This document shows, in pieces, positions 18,442 to 27,757 of a DNA stretch of 64,000 nt. How positions within the stretch are numbered: the stretch's first letter is position 1; the number at the start of each line of letters is the position of its first letter. The translations under genes were made by a program, and so were the position numbers. The DNA is taken from contig JBFWNW010000004.1 of NCBI GenBank assembly GCA_050250855.1, positions 128,001 through 192,000 on the forward strand, read 5' to 3'. Source of the stretch: Candidatus Babeliales bacterium (GTDB lineage: Bacteria; Babelota; Babeliae; Babelales; JACPOV01). The notes under the pieces are model-generated. The model was given only the letters and a program-made list of their open reading frames with translations. It was not told the origin of the DNA and searched no databases.

Positions 18442-19292
18442 TGTTACAAAAAGTTCGATCAACCTTTAGTGCAGACTTTTCTTTTTTTATGGCCGTTCCA
18501 GGGGTTATTTGGCAGGTTTTTTTTTGCTTGGTACCGCTTTTGCTTATAGCCGCATTTAGTATATATGATGTTACCACTTTTCAAGTAACAATGCGCTATT
18601 TTATTGCTTTGTTTGATTATGTTCATTTAAAAATGATTTTTTTGTCATCTATGTTAGCGCTTGGAACAACGCTTAATTGCCTTGTAATTGGTTATCCTAT
18701 TGCATTTTATATTGCAAGAAAAGTTGAGCATTACAAAAATCTTTTTTTATTTTTTTTGATTATACCATTTTGGACTAATTTATTGATTCTTGTTTATTCT
18801 TGGATTTTTATTCTTGAAAAGAATGGCATATTAAATTCTTTTTTGAAAAGCATTGGTCTTGTTTCAGAACCATTTAACATTTTGAATTCGTTGATTGCCG
18901 TAGCCCTTGTTACTTTTTATTGCTACCTGCCGTTTATGGTTTTGCCTCTTTATACAGCACTTGAAAAAATTGATGATACGTTGTTAGAAGCATCAGCAGA
19001 TTTGGGAGCTAACAGAATTCAAACTTTTTTTAAAGTCATAGTTCCTTTGTCTTGGTCAGGTATTCGTACCGGATGCTTTTTAGTATATGTTCCGGTATTT
19101 GGAGAGTATGTTGTTCCTCTTTTAATGGGAGGAGATAAGTACATGTTTGTTGGGAGTGGCATTTCTCATTATGTTTTTACGGCACTTAATATTTCACAAG
19201 GTGCGGCATTTACGTTGCTTGCGGGATTTGCCTTATTATCAACCGTAGTACTATTAAATATTGTTTTAAAAAAGATTATTTTTACCTTATAA
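18441..19292 (+). CDS. potB: Polyamine ABC transporter permease
   Basis: IGYPIA, IIPFWTN, YLPFMVLPLY, LLEASADLGA; start overlaps the potA stop. Confidence 0.9.
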   Translation: MLQKVRSTFSADFSFFMAVPGVIWQVFFCLVPLLLIAAFSIYDVTTFQVTMRYFIALFDYVHLKMIFLSSMLALGTTLNCLVIGYPIAFYIARKVEHYKNLFLFFLIIPFWTNLLILVYSWIFILEKNGILNSFLKSIGLVSEPFNILNSLIAVALVTFYCYLPFMVLPLYTALEKIDDTLLEASADLGANRIQTFFKVIVPLSWSGIRTGCFLVYVPVFGEYVVPLLMGGDKYMFVGSGISHYVFTALNISQGAAFTLLAGFALLSTVVLLNIVLKKIIFTL

Positions 19293-19302
19293 AGGGAAAA
19301 GA

Positions 19303-20085
19303 ATGCGTTTTTTTAAGAATTTTTTCCCCTATCTTTTGCCTATCTTTGTTGCGGGTGCGTATGTTTTTTTATATGCACCGATTCTCGTTTTAGTTGTTTT
19401 TTCTTTTAATAGTGTTGCATTTCCATATCATTGGGTTTCTTTTTCTACGAAGTGGTACGTTGATTTATTTCAATCACCAGAAATTTGGGAAGTTACTAAA
19501 AATTCACTAATTGTTGCATGTACCTCCTCAATGTTAAGTCTTTTAATGGCCCTTTTGTTTGTATTCTATGGTGTTCAAACAAAGCTTAGATCTGCAGAAT
19601 TTATTTTTTATATTAATATACTCATTCCAGAAATCGTATTAGCGTTGGGATTACTTATATTTTTTACCTATTGCTCTGTTCCTTTAGGGCTTATTACTTT
19701 GATAGTAGGGCATACGGTTTTGGGATTAGGTTTTGCAGTTCCGATACTTTCCAATAGGTTTGCAGAGGTTGATTATAGTATTATTGAAGCAGCCTATGAT
19801 CTTGGTGCTACCTTAAATCAAACATTTTTAAAAATTATTGTTCCTATGTTAATGCCAGCATTAGTAGCCGCAGGCCTTTTAGTATTTATTATCTCTCTTG
19901 ATGATTTTCTTATTTCTTTCTTTTGTGCAGGAGGCTCAGCGCAGACATTATCGCTTTATATTTTTTCTATGATTCGTAGCGGTATTTCTCCTACGATAAA
20001 TGCATTGTCTACTCTTTTATTATTGGTAAGTAGTACTATTGTTCTGCTTTTTTCATTGTTAAAGGTAAAAACTCGTGTTTTTTAG
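19303..20085 (+). CDS. potC: Polyamine ABC transporter permease
   Basis: FLYAPI..VVFSFN, PEIV, EAAYDLGA, SLDDF, PTINA. Confidence 0.92.
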   Translation: MRFFKNFFPYLLPIFVAGAYVFLYAPILVLVVFSFNSVAFPYHWVSFSTKWYVDLFQSPEIWEVTKNSLIVACTSSMLSLLMALLFVFYGVQTKLRSAEFIFYINILIPEIVLALGLLIFFTYCSVPLGLITLIVGHTVLGLGFAVPILSNRFAEVDYSIIEAAYDLGATLNQTFLKIIVPMLMPALVAAGLLVFIISLDDFLISFFCAGGSAQTLSLYIFSMIRSGISPTINALSTLLLLVSSTIVLLFSLLKVKTRVF

Positions 20086-21157
20086 ATGGCATCATTTTTT
20101 TAAAATAGCTATTGTTGTTTTTTGGATAACTATTTTTATATTTTTTCTCATGATTCCTTATCTAGGAATAGTTCTTGGTACGGATGCAAGAACTATTAAT
20201 GTAATGACATGGGGGGCAACCTTAGATCCAGTTATCATAGAAAAATTTGAAAAAGAATCAGGGATCAAAGTTAATTTTAACTATATTGAATCGAATGAAG
20301 AACTTTTTGTAAAAATGTATACAACTGGTGGAAAAGATTATGATCTTGTAATGCCGTCAGATTATATGATGCAAAAATTAATTGACGCACAGTTAATAAA
20401 AAAAATTGATAAATCTAAAATAGATTTTTGGCATAGAATTCAGCCACGCTTTTTACAGCAGTATTTTGATGGCACTAATAGTTATTCAATACCATTTTTC
20501 TGGGCTCTTTATGGGTTGGGGATTAATAAAGATATGTTTACTCAAGTGCCACCTGCTTCATGGAGTTTGCTGTTTAGTTATCCAATTCCTGGAAGAGTTG
20601 CTATGCTTGCTCAGGCGCGCGAGGCGATATCGCTTGCTGCTCAATATTTATTTAAATCAATTGAAAATATTACTCCTGAAAAAGTTAAGCAGATTGAACA
20701 TCTTCTTGTTGAGCAAAAAAGTAGGGTAGAAGTATACGTTGATGCCGATATTCGAACGAGTTATTTACTTTTATCAGAAACATGTCCTGTTGTTGTAGGG
20801 GCAACTCCTTATTTTCTATGTTTTATGAAAGAAAATCCATCAATTGATTTTTTAATTCCTCAAGAAGGAACATTTATTTTAATTGATAGCTTTGCACTTT
20901 CTTGCGCTACACAAAAAGATGATTTGATTTATCAATTTTTGAATTATCTGTATAAACCTGAAGTGCTTTTTCATCATTTTGAAAATCTTCCTGTTATTCC
21001 CGTAACCAAAGAACTTGAAGAATTTTTAAATCAAGATAAGATTCCTCAAAGCATGAGAACATTGCTGCTTGATCCATCAATCAAAGCTACTTTTTTTAAA
21101 AATGTTATACCAGAAGATGAGTTGAATGCCCTTTGGATGGCAGTAAAAGCAGCATAA
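20075..21157 (+). CDS. potD: Polyamine ABC transporter substrate-binding protein
   Basis: FEKESGIKV, SNEE, YDLVMPSDY, SIPFFW, PQEG. Confidence 0.9.
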   Translation: MFFRWHHFFKIAIVVFWITIFIFFLMIPYLGIVLGTDARTINVMTWGATLDPVIIEKFEKESGIKVNFNYIESNEELFVKMYTTGGKDYDLVMPSDYMMQKLIDAQLIKKIDKSKIDFWHRIQPRFLQQYFDGTNSYSIPFFWALYGLGINKDMFTQVPPASWSLLFSYPIPGRVAMLAQAREAISLAAQYLFKSIENITPEKVKQIEHLLVEQKSRVEVYVDADIRTSYLLLSETCPVVVGATPYFLCFMKENPSIDFLIPQEGTFILIDSFALSCATQKDDLIYQFLNYLYKPEVLFHHFENLPVIPVTKELEEFLNQDKIPQSMRTLLLDPSIKATFFKNVIPEDELNALWMAVKAA

Positions 21158-21263
21158 TATTTAATAAGCTTGACTTTATTTATTAAAAAAAATAGGAGAT
21201 ATATAAAAGAGGTTATTTTTTTGTAATGAAAAATGTTTAATCTAAAAAGAGGAACGAGGTAGT

Positions 21264-24200
21264 ATGAAGAAGCATATTTCTTTCCTGCGTCAGTTTGTAC
21301 TTGTATTTTTTTTCTTAAGCTTAGTACAAACAGTCTATGGCGTTGGTGGTACTGTATATTGGCATAATTTAAGCGATGGTCCTGGCGGAACAAGCCCTGG
21401 GGTTACGCAAAATGTAATTGACTGTGACATTGATGTCATAGGGGTAAACGCCTTAGTTGACGGTATCCATGTTGAAGCACGAACTCAAGATATTGTAATT
21501 ACTATTACTAATGGAGATGCCGTTATTACTGGTTCTGGCAACCGTGCCGATTTAGTACCGACCAATTCTGCTCGTCTTTATTTATTTGTTAATCCCGGCT
21601 TTTCAATAACATTTCAATTAACCAGTGATTTATTATTCCGCGGTACAACCGATCATGGGCATACGCTTGATTTAATGGTAACTGTTTCCGGTGGTGGTCG
21701 TGTTGAATTTTGCATTGAGGGTGATAACAACGTTGCTTTCTCTGCACAAGGCGGTAGTGGTGGTACTAAAGTATTTGTTGCCATGCAGGATAACGTAACG
21801 CCAAAATTACGCTTTAAGAGATTAAGCCCAACTATGGGTAATATAAATAACAATATTGAAGTTCAAGTAGGCATGAATTCATGCATCAGCTACATTGCAG
21901 AAACGCCGGTTTCAACCGGTATGGCAAACGAGACTGGCTGCATAGCATTTAATGGTACCAATCAAGGAACTGGTTGTACTATTTTACGCATTCAAGATTG
22001 TTCATGTTTTGTAATTCGTGGTAATTGGCTTGAAGGTGCAACATTAAATGATGATTTTTTATTAGATGATATTAATCTTGCAGTACCAGCCGGTTTTCAA
22101 GCACAATTTGTTGTAGAAAATTCAGCACCCGATACGTTGCATTCAAGTCTTCAAGTAATTAACCAAAATAGCAAATGTCCGAATCTCTTAATAGATCCTT
22201 TCTGTGATAATGCATTTACCGGAACGCAGTATGGTTTTATTCTTGGTGCCAATGCAATCTTGCAAGTAAATGATTTATCATATTTAGATTATATTGGAGC
22301 TTCTACCAATATGCTGCCTGTTGTTACAACACCGCTTTCTAATTTGCAGCCTGATATTGTTGATCTTATAGAATGCGGTCAAGCAACAGGACCTCAAGAT
22401 TTTATTAAAGAAAGAAACTGTTCAGCATTTTTTGTTGATGGTGATCCAAATCCTAACGCTCAGCAAGCACAAATTAGCTTATTAGGAACTTCTGCAATTT
22501 ATTTCCGTTCAGCTGTTGATTGTGAAGGAAATTTTGTACCAAGTTTTACTATAGATCCAGGCAAAGAAACACCAGGTGCTGGTAATATTGTATTTGATGT
22601 AGAAGGTTCTTTATTAGTACAAGGGCAGCAAGGGCAGAACAGTGCGTTGAATGTACTTTCATTACAAGTAACAAAAACAGGATGCCCGTTATTTGTTGAA
22701 TTAACTGATAACCCAATTTTCCCGCAACGTACGTTTGCTCGTGATGCTGATGGGGAATATCTACAATATAATAAAGCTGCATTCTTGATTAATAACTATA
22801 TGCATATTGAATACACGTCATTATTGCATACGGATGCAATTCATGCCGTTTATCAAAATAATAATCTTGGTATCTCATCATTAAATACAGAGCCTACTTA
22901 TATTGGTGGTGAAACATGGAAGCTATGTCTTCCTGTTGGTCGCCCTCGTCCTGCTATTTCATTTAATGATTCAATTTTCCGTGTGCAAACTGGTGTTGGT
23001 ATAACAGGTGTTGATCTATGTGTACCAAATGATCCGAATAATGGTAACACCAGTATTTTCCGTTTCTATAATAATGGGCGCGCTATCGATAATGCATATG
23101 GCCGCGTAATGATTCTGGGTACTAATATTGGTGCATATTCTGCATGCGGACGTTTAATAGATAACGCAGCTCACTTAGATATTTTCCAAAAAACAGCCCA
23201 GCAAACAATAACAGATCAAGCATTGCTTCTTGAAGTTGGCTTTAATAATACCTGCATTACGCAAGGAATTGTTGGTGATATTTCTGGCCAATGTGCCGTT
23301 CATGAAATTTATTTAAATAATGCGACAAACATTTCAATTGGTACTGATGGTGATGTCGGTACTGCTACCACGGGTCAACAGTTTGATTTAATAACAACGC
23401 CATCGCTTTGTGTAGCGGGAGAATTTTTCTCATTCAATTCTGCTGGTGGAGCATGGGGTCTTCCTGGTGCCAGTGGTACAACGGGAGAAGGCGGTATCTT
23501 TGTAGACAGAAACGGCACCATTAAGAGCCCTTGTCGTGCAAGTTTTTCTGCCATGGTAACGCGTAGTAGAAATGGTATTATTGATTTACCGAAAAACCAA
23601 GTATTCTTCACTAATCGCGTTGGTATTACGGTGTGGAAGCCAAACTTAACCGCTTCAAGTCAACGAGTTTTAGTGCCTTCTGGTGTATGTCTTTCTGATT
23701 TTACTATGGATTGGGGAGCGCTTGAAAAAGATTATACAACAACGAATAGTTTTGTTCCGTATGAATTAAAATGTACGCCGAATCCATGCGATTGTCCTGC
23801 AGTAACTGCTGCAAACCTTCGTGCATTGCCAATTATAGAAGGGGAAGTAAATCAATTCCAAGTCAGAAGAACGCGTATTGGCGATCAAATGCATTTACAA
23901 GTTACTAATGGCGGTATTATTGATGAATTAACATTCCTTATCGGTTGTAATCCAGCAGAAGCTGCCGTTGGCTTTTTAGTAGTAGAAGGTGAAGCGCGTG
24001 TTGGTATTGGTAGCTCACAGCGCAATAAGGATTCAAACTGTGCAAACGTAGTACTTGGTGTTAATGGCCTTAGTATTTGTGCAAATGGTAATGCTGTTAT
24101 TGAATTAAATGAAGATATTATTATTAATAACGTGTGCCATATTTTAGCCGGTACATCATTTGGGGTAACAAGTACCGATACGTTAACGATATTCTCTGAA

Positions 24201-25643
24201 GATACTAAAGAGTTACGCGTTAAATCAACCGGACTTCTTGATCTTTCACAATTTAATACGCCATCAAAAGTACTCCAATTTGCGGGGAAAGCAAAACTAG
24301 TATTTGAGCCTGGTTCAAAATTAGTACTTGGTGGTGGTGTTCTTATCTTTACTGATGAAACACAGTTAGCCTTTGAACGCGTATTAAATGAAGACCTCCT
24401 TCTTGGCAGTGAGCCAGTAGATCTTGATCCAATTCGCGTTAAAATTGTTGGTCGCGGTAATATTTTGATGGAAGAAGATTCTGTCTGCCAAATTCTTGAA
24501 AATCAATTTGTTGGGATAGAAACTGATGTAATTTGTGATAATATTACGTCTATTACCTGGCGCCTTTCTGAACAAGCAACGGTTGAAATTGGCAGTCAAG
24601 GTCGTCCTGGTGGAGCATTGCAAGTTGGTAATACGTTGTGTCAAAACGGTGCTTCAATTGATCTTACTATTATATTAGATGGTCTTGGTACGTTGTGGGA
24701 AATTAATCGTCAAGGATTTATGGGTCTTGGCGTTGGCGTTGCCAATAAAGTAAGCCAAGTACCAAACCAATGGTTGGTAAACTGTCTTGAAAACGTATTT
24801 ACCGTTTCCATTGATATTAGATCAGGAACGTTTAATCATAGCCAAATTTTGACCGGTGATGATATTCGTGCTTCATTACTTGCAGTTGGCCCAGCACAAC
24901 AATATACGTTGGCATTTAATCCTATTTCTGCTGTAATTCTTGGTGGTGGTAATTTGGTGCAAATTACTAATTGTACCAATGCTGTTTGTAATCAACGATT
25001 AAAAGAACTTGATGCACAAAAAGTGCAGCCAAATATACAAGATGCAGTGCTCAAAGCACAAGAGCTTATTGCTCAAGCTGAAGCTATGATGGAACAAGCA
25101 AAAGCAATGATGCAAAAAGCAACGATAACACGCGGCGTATCAAAAATAAAAAATCTTAAAGAAGCGCGCCGTATTAGAAAAACAAGCAAGAGTATGAAAG
25201 AAGAAGCATATAGAATAACAAGAAACGTTATTATTCCTTCTATTCAACCTGTTGTGCAGGATGTAGCAGGCGTTATAGATCCTAACTTACAGGTAAGTAT
25301 TCTTTCAGGAAGAATGTTGCTCATAGATACGGCAAAAGGTGCGCAGCCTTCAAGCGTGAGCTCTCAAACGTATTTTGATTATTTGAGTACGTTGCCATTT
25401 GATTCTCAAAACTCTCCACGAGCAAATATATTTAGACAAGAATTTACGTTATCTACCGTAGGTTATATTGTAGGTTCAACTATTCGCCGTGAATTAATTC
25501 AAACAATTCGTGGTGTTGGTGGCTTTAACGTAGCAGATCATGATCATTCATTACGTATTGGTGCTATTGGTATAAACATTGATAACGCACCACCGCGAGC
25601 ACTTTCATCACGTATTGAATTGCGTGGCACTGAAGGACTATAA
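21264..25643 (+). CDS. Large exported Cys-rich, beta-rich protein of unknown function (1459 aa)
   Basis: Signal peptide (…VYG), Gly/Asn/Thr/Ile/Val-rich with scattered Cys; AGAGG SD upstream. Confidence 0.85.
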   Translation: MKKHISFLRQFVLVFFFLSLVQTVYGVGGTVYWHNLSDGPGGTSPGVTQNVIDCDIDVIGVNALVDGIHVEARTQDIVITITNGDAVITGSGNRADLVPTNSARLYLFVNPGFSITFQLTSDLLFRGTTDHGHTLDLMVTVSGGGRVEFCIEGDNNVAFSAQGGSGGTKVFVAMQDNVTPKLRFKRLSPTMGNINNNIEVQVGMNSCISYIAETPVSTGMANETGCIAFNGTNQGTGCTILRIQDCSCFVIRGNWLEGATLNDDFLLDDINLAVPAGFQAQFVVENSAPDTLHSSLQVINQNSKCPNLLIDPFCDNAFTGTQYGFILGANAILQVNDLSYLDYIGASTNMLPVVTTPLSNLQPDIVDLIECGQATGPQDFIKERNCSAFFVDGDPNPNAQQAQISLLGTSAIYFRSAVDCEGNFVPSFTIDPGKETPGAGNIVFDVEGSLLVQGQQGQNSALNVLSLQVTKTGCPLFVELTDNPIFPQRTFARDADGEYLQYNKAAFLINNYMHIEYTSLLHTDAIHAVYQNNNLGISSLNTEPTYIGGETWKLCLPVGRPRPAISFNDSIFRVQTGVGITGVDLCVPNDPNNGNTSIFRFYNNGRAIDNAYGRVMILGTNIGAYSACGRLIDNAAHLDIFQKTAQQTITDQALLLEVGFNNTCITQGIVGDISGQCAVHEIYLNNATNISIGTDGDVGTATTGQQFDLITTPSLCVAGEFFSFNSAGGAWGLPGASGTTGEGGIFVDRNGTIKSPCRASFSAMVTRSRNGIIDLPKNQVFFTNRVGITVWKPNLTASSQRVLVPSGVCLSDFTMDWGALEKDYTTTNSFVPYELKCTPNPCDCPAVTAANLRALPIIEGEVNQFQVRRTRIGDQMHLQVTNGGIIDELTFLIGCNPAEAAVGFLVVEGEARVGIGSSQRNKDSNCANVVLGVNGLSICANGNAVIELNEDIIINNVCHILAGTSFGVTSTDTLTIFSEDTKELRVKSTGLLDLSQFNTPSKVLQFAGKAKLVFEPGSKLVLGGGVLIFTDETQLAFERVLNEDLLLGSEPVDLDPIRVKIVGRGNILMEEDSVCQILENQFVGIETDVICDNITSITWRLSEQATVEIGSQGRPGGALQVGNTLCQNGASIDLTIILDGLGTLWEINRQGFMGLGVGVANKVSQVPNQWLVNCLENVFTVSIDIRSGTFNHSQILTGDDIRASLLAVGPAQQYTLAFNPISAVILGGGNLVQITNCTNAVCNQRLKELDAQKVQPNIQDAVLKAQELIAQAEAMMEQAKAMMQKATITRGVSKIKNLKEARRIRKTSKSMKEEAYRITRNVIIPSIQPVVQDVAGVIDPNLQVSILSGRMLLIDTAKGAQPSSVSSQTYFDYLSTLPFDSQNSPRANIFRQEFTLSTVGYIVGSTIRRELIQTIRGVGGFNVADHDHSLRIGAIGINIDNAPPRALSSRIELRGTEGL

Positions 25644-25654
25644 AGAGGGATTAT

Positions 25655-25680
25655 AGGGCTGGCCAAAAACCAGCCCTTTA
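25655..25680 (+). terminator. Intergenic hairpin (weak terminator or mRNA stabiliser)
   Basis: AGGGCTGG-CCAAAAA-CCAGCCCT with only a short T tail. Confidence 0.5.
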
Positions 25681-25725
25681 TAAAAAAAGGTTAAGCTATG
25701 ACCATTTTATTATTAAAGGAGAGGA

Positions 25726-27477
25726 ATGAATAAAAATTTTAAGCACCAGATACTATTACTACTCTTGGTAGGTAGTTCTGGCATCGGTGCTCGTGAACTC
25801 AGAACGCCATGGGGCTTGGAGCGAGGACCGTTTCATTATCCCGTACCATGCAGGTCGACAGATAAAGAGCAATGTTGGAACGTTGATATTTGGGGTGCAG
25901 GGTTGTATCGCCAATCAAATAAAGCGTTCATTGATAAAATGAGTTTTAAAACAGATCCTTCATTGGCGGGTATAATTTTTGGTCAAAATAGTTTTGTAGG
26001 GCTTGATGCATTTGCTGCAGGGGTTACCAGTCCGGTAAATCCTTTTTTAGCATTTGCTCAAATTGCACCGCGTATTAATTATCGTGAAAGTTCTGCTTAC
26101 TTTGGCTGCTACATAGAACGTCAATTACCATGGGGTTGTGATTGTGCATGGCGCGGCGGTATGCGTATAACCTTACCGTTCCGTGCTATTGATATTAATT
26201 TAGAAAATTGCTGTGATTTAGAAGAAACATTGGCAGATGTATGTCATCGTCAAAATGAACGTGTTGATGGCGCAGCTATTGGTGCAAATCCTACTATTCA
26301 AACGGTAGATGATTGTTTTGCTTATCGCCTTGATTTTTTAAGTTCTTTATTTTTACAACAAGCTGGTGTACCGCCATTTGATCCTTTTGTTGAATATCGT
26401 AGACCGATAGCAAGTACTTTTGATGTTGCTATGGATGCAGCTGTTATTAGCGACAGAAATGATAACCCAATTAACTTTATTAGAAGAACTGATGGTACGT
26501 TGCCAGAGGGTCCGTATTGTGCACCTTTTAATGTTGTAGATGCTGCTCAATTTATTAATGCTGATGGTTCTGGGGGCGTTAATAATGAACGTTTGCGTGG
26601 ATTTAATCAAAATATTGATTATACACCACTTTCAAATGATAAAGCAGCGCAGCGCCAATTGTGGGCAGTTCCTACAGTCGGACAAGTTGCGGGAACACTT
26701 CAAGAATTTACTATAGCACAAAATATTGGAACAGCGATTGAGCAACTTGTAAGAAATCTTCCTAATGCTGGTGCTATTGGTTTTTTTAATGAACATGGTG
26801 TTGATTTTAATACGCAGCACAATGTTGGCTTGGGGCAAATGGAGTTTGAATTTTATGCAAACCGTGATTGGTGTAACTGGTTTTTTGAAGGTATTGTCGG
26901 TTTTCATGCACCAACGGGTTTGAAAGTTAAAGATCCGGGCAAAATTTATAAAATTTTCAATACTGGCAACAACCGCCACTGGGTTGCAAAATTTGGCGGC
27001 ATTGCAACCTATGATCCTAACATTTGGTGCCATATAAAAGCTGAAGCATTTTATTCATATGTAGCTCCTGCTACAGAGCGCGTTGCTGCGCCATTTACAG
27101 GTGCAACGGTCAAAAATATCGGACCTGCTGTCAAAGCCTCTATTTCTTGGAATCAATTTGTTGCTCGCTTGGATACTATTTGGTTGGTGCCATGTAATCC
27201 TCGCGTTGGCTGGTTGCTTGGCTATGAAGCATATTTTAAAACAAAAGATAATGTGAAATTAAAACAAACAACCGCAACAGACTTTCTTGGCAATACGCAC
27301 ACTCTTGATCCAGCAGTGTTAGAAGAACGTACTAAAGTATATAGTAGCAAGGCTCGGGTAGAAATGTTCCATCAAGGAAGTTTCTGGGAGCTTTTTGCAG
27401 GGTGGACTCATGTATTTGCTGGACGTAATGCGCCAAAAGAAACTGATTGGCATATTGGTCTGATAGCATTCTTTTAA
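25726..27477 (+). CDS. Exported Cys-rich protein, probable outer-membrane beta-barrel
   Basis: Signal peptide; GLGQ...APTG...GNNRHW motif; alternating strands; terminal WHIGLIAFF. Confidence 0.65.
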   Translation: MNKNFKHQILLLLLVGSSGIGARELRTPWGLERGPFHYPVPCRSTDKEQCWNVDIWGAGLYRQSNKAFIDKMSFKTDPSLAGIIFGQNSFVGLDAFAAGVTSPVNPFLAFAQIAPRINYRESSAYFGCYIERQLPWGCDCAWRGGMRITLPFRAIDINLENCCDLEETLADVCHRQNERVDGAAIGANPTIQTVDDCFAYRLDFLSSLFLQQAGVPPFDPFVEYRRPIASTFDVAMDAAVISDRNDNPINFIRRTDGTLPEGPYCAPFNVVDAAQFINADGSGGVNNERLRGFNQNIDYTPLSNDKAAQRQLWAVPTVGQVAGTLQEFTIAQNIGTAIEQLVRNLPNAGAIGFFNEHGVDFNTQHNVGLGQMEFEFYANRDWCNWFFEGIVGFHAPTGLKVKDPGKIYKIFNTGNNRHWVAKFGGIATYDPNIWCHIKAEAFYSYVAPATERVAAPFTGATVKNIGPAVKASISWNQFVARLDTIWLVPCNPRVGWLLGYEAYFKTKDNVKLKQTTATDFLGNTHTLDPAVLEERTKVYSSKARVEMFHQGSFWELFAGWTHVFAGRNAPKETDWHIGLIAFF

Positions 27478-27498
27478 TTTTTTTCTTGTCAATAAGGC

Positions 27499-27532
27499 AG
27501 AGGCTGTGGGTTTCCATGGCCTCTCTTTTTTT
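27499..27532 (+). terminator. Intrinsic terminator
   Basis: AGAGGCTGTGG-GTTT-CCATGGCCTCT followed by CTTTTTTT. Confidence 0.75.
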
Positions 27533-27575
27533 ATAAAAATTTTTTTTGTGCTATGTTAGATAGTAGATTTTGATC

Positions 27576-27736
27576 GTTCGTATGCTTCGACAAGCTCAGC
27601 ACGAACGGAGTGAGTGTTGAGCGCAGCGTTTACTCCTGAGTTGGCTCGAAGGGTCAGCACGAACGGCTTTAATATAAACATTTTTTTATTCCATTCGCCC
27701 TGACCCTGAGCTTGTCGAAGGGGCGAAGGGTGCGAA
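27576..27736. repeat. Composite REP-like palindromic repeat (family A, copy 1)
   Basis: GTTCGTATGCTTCGACAAGCTCAGCACGAACGG ... CCCTGAGCTTGTCGAAGG; near-identical copy at 45280. Confidence 0.85.
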
Positions 27737-27757
27737 AGAATAAACCAAAGAAAAATT

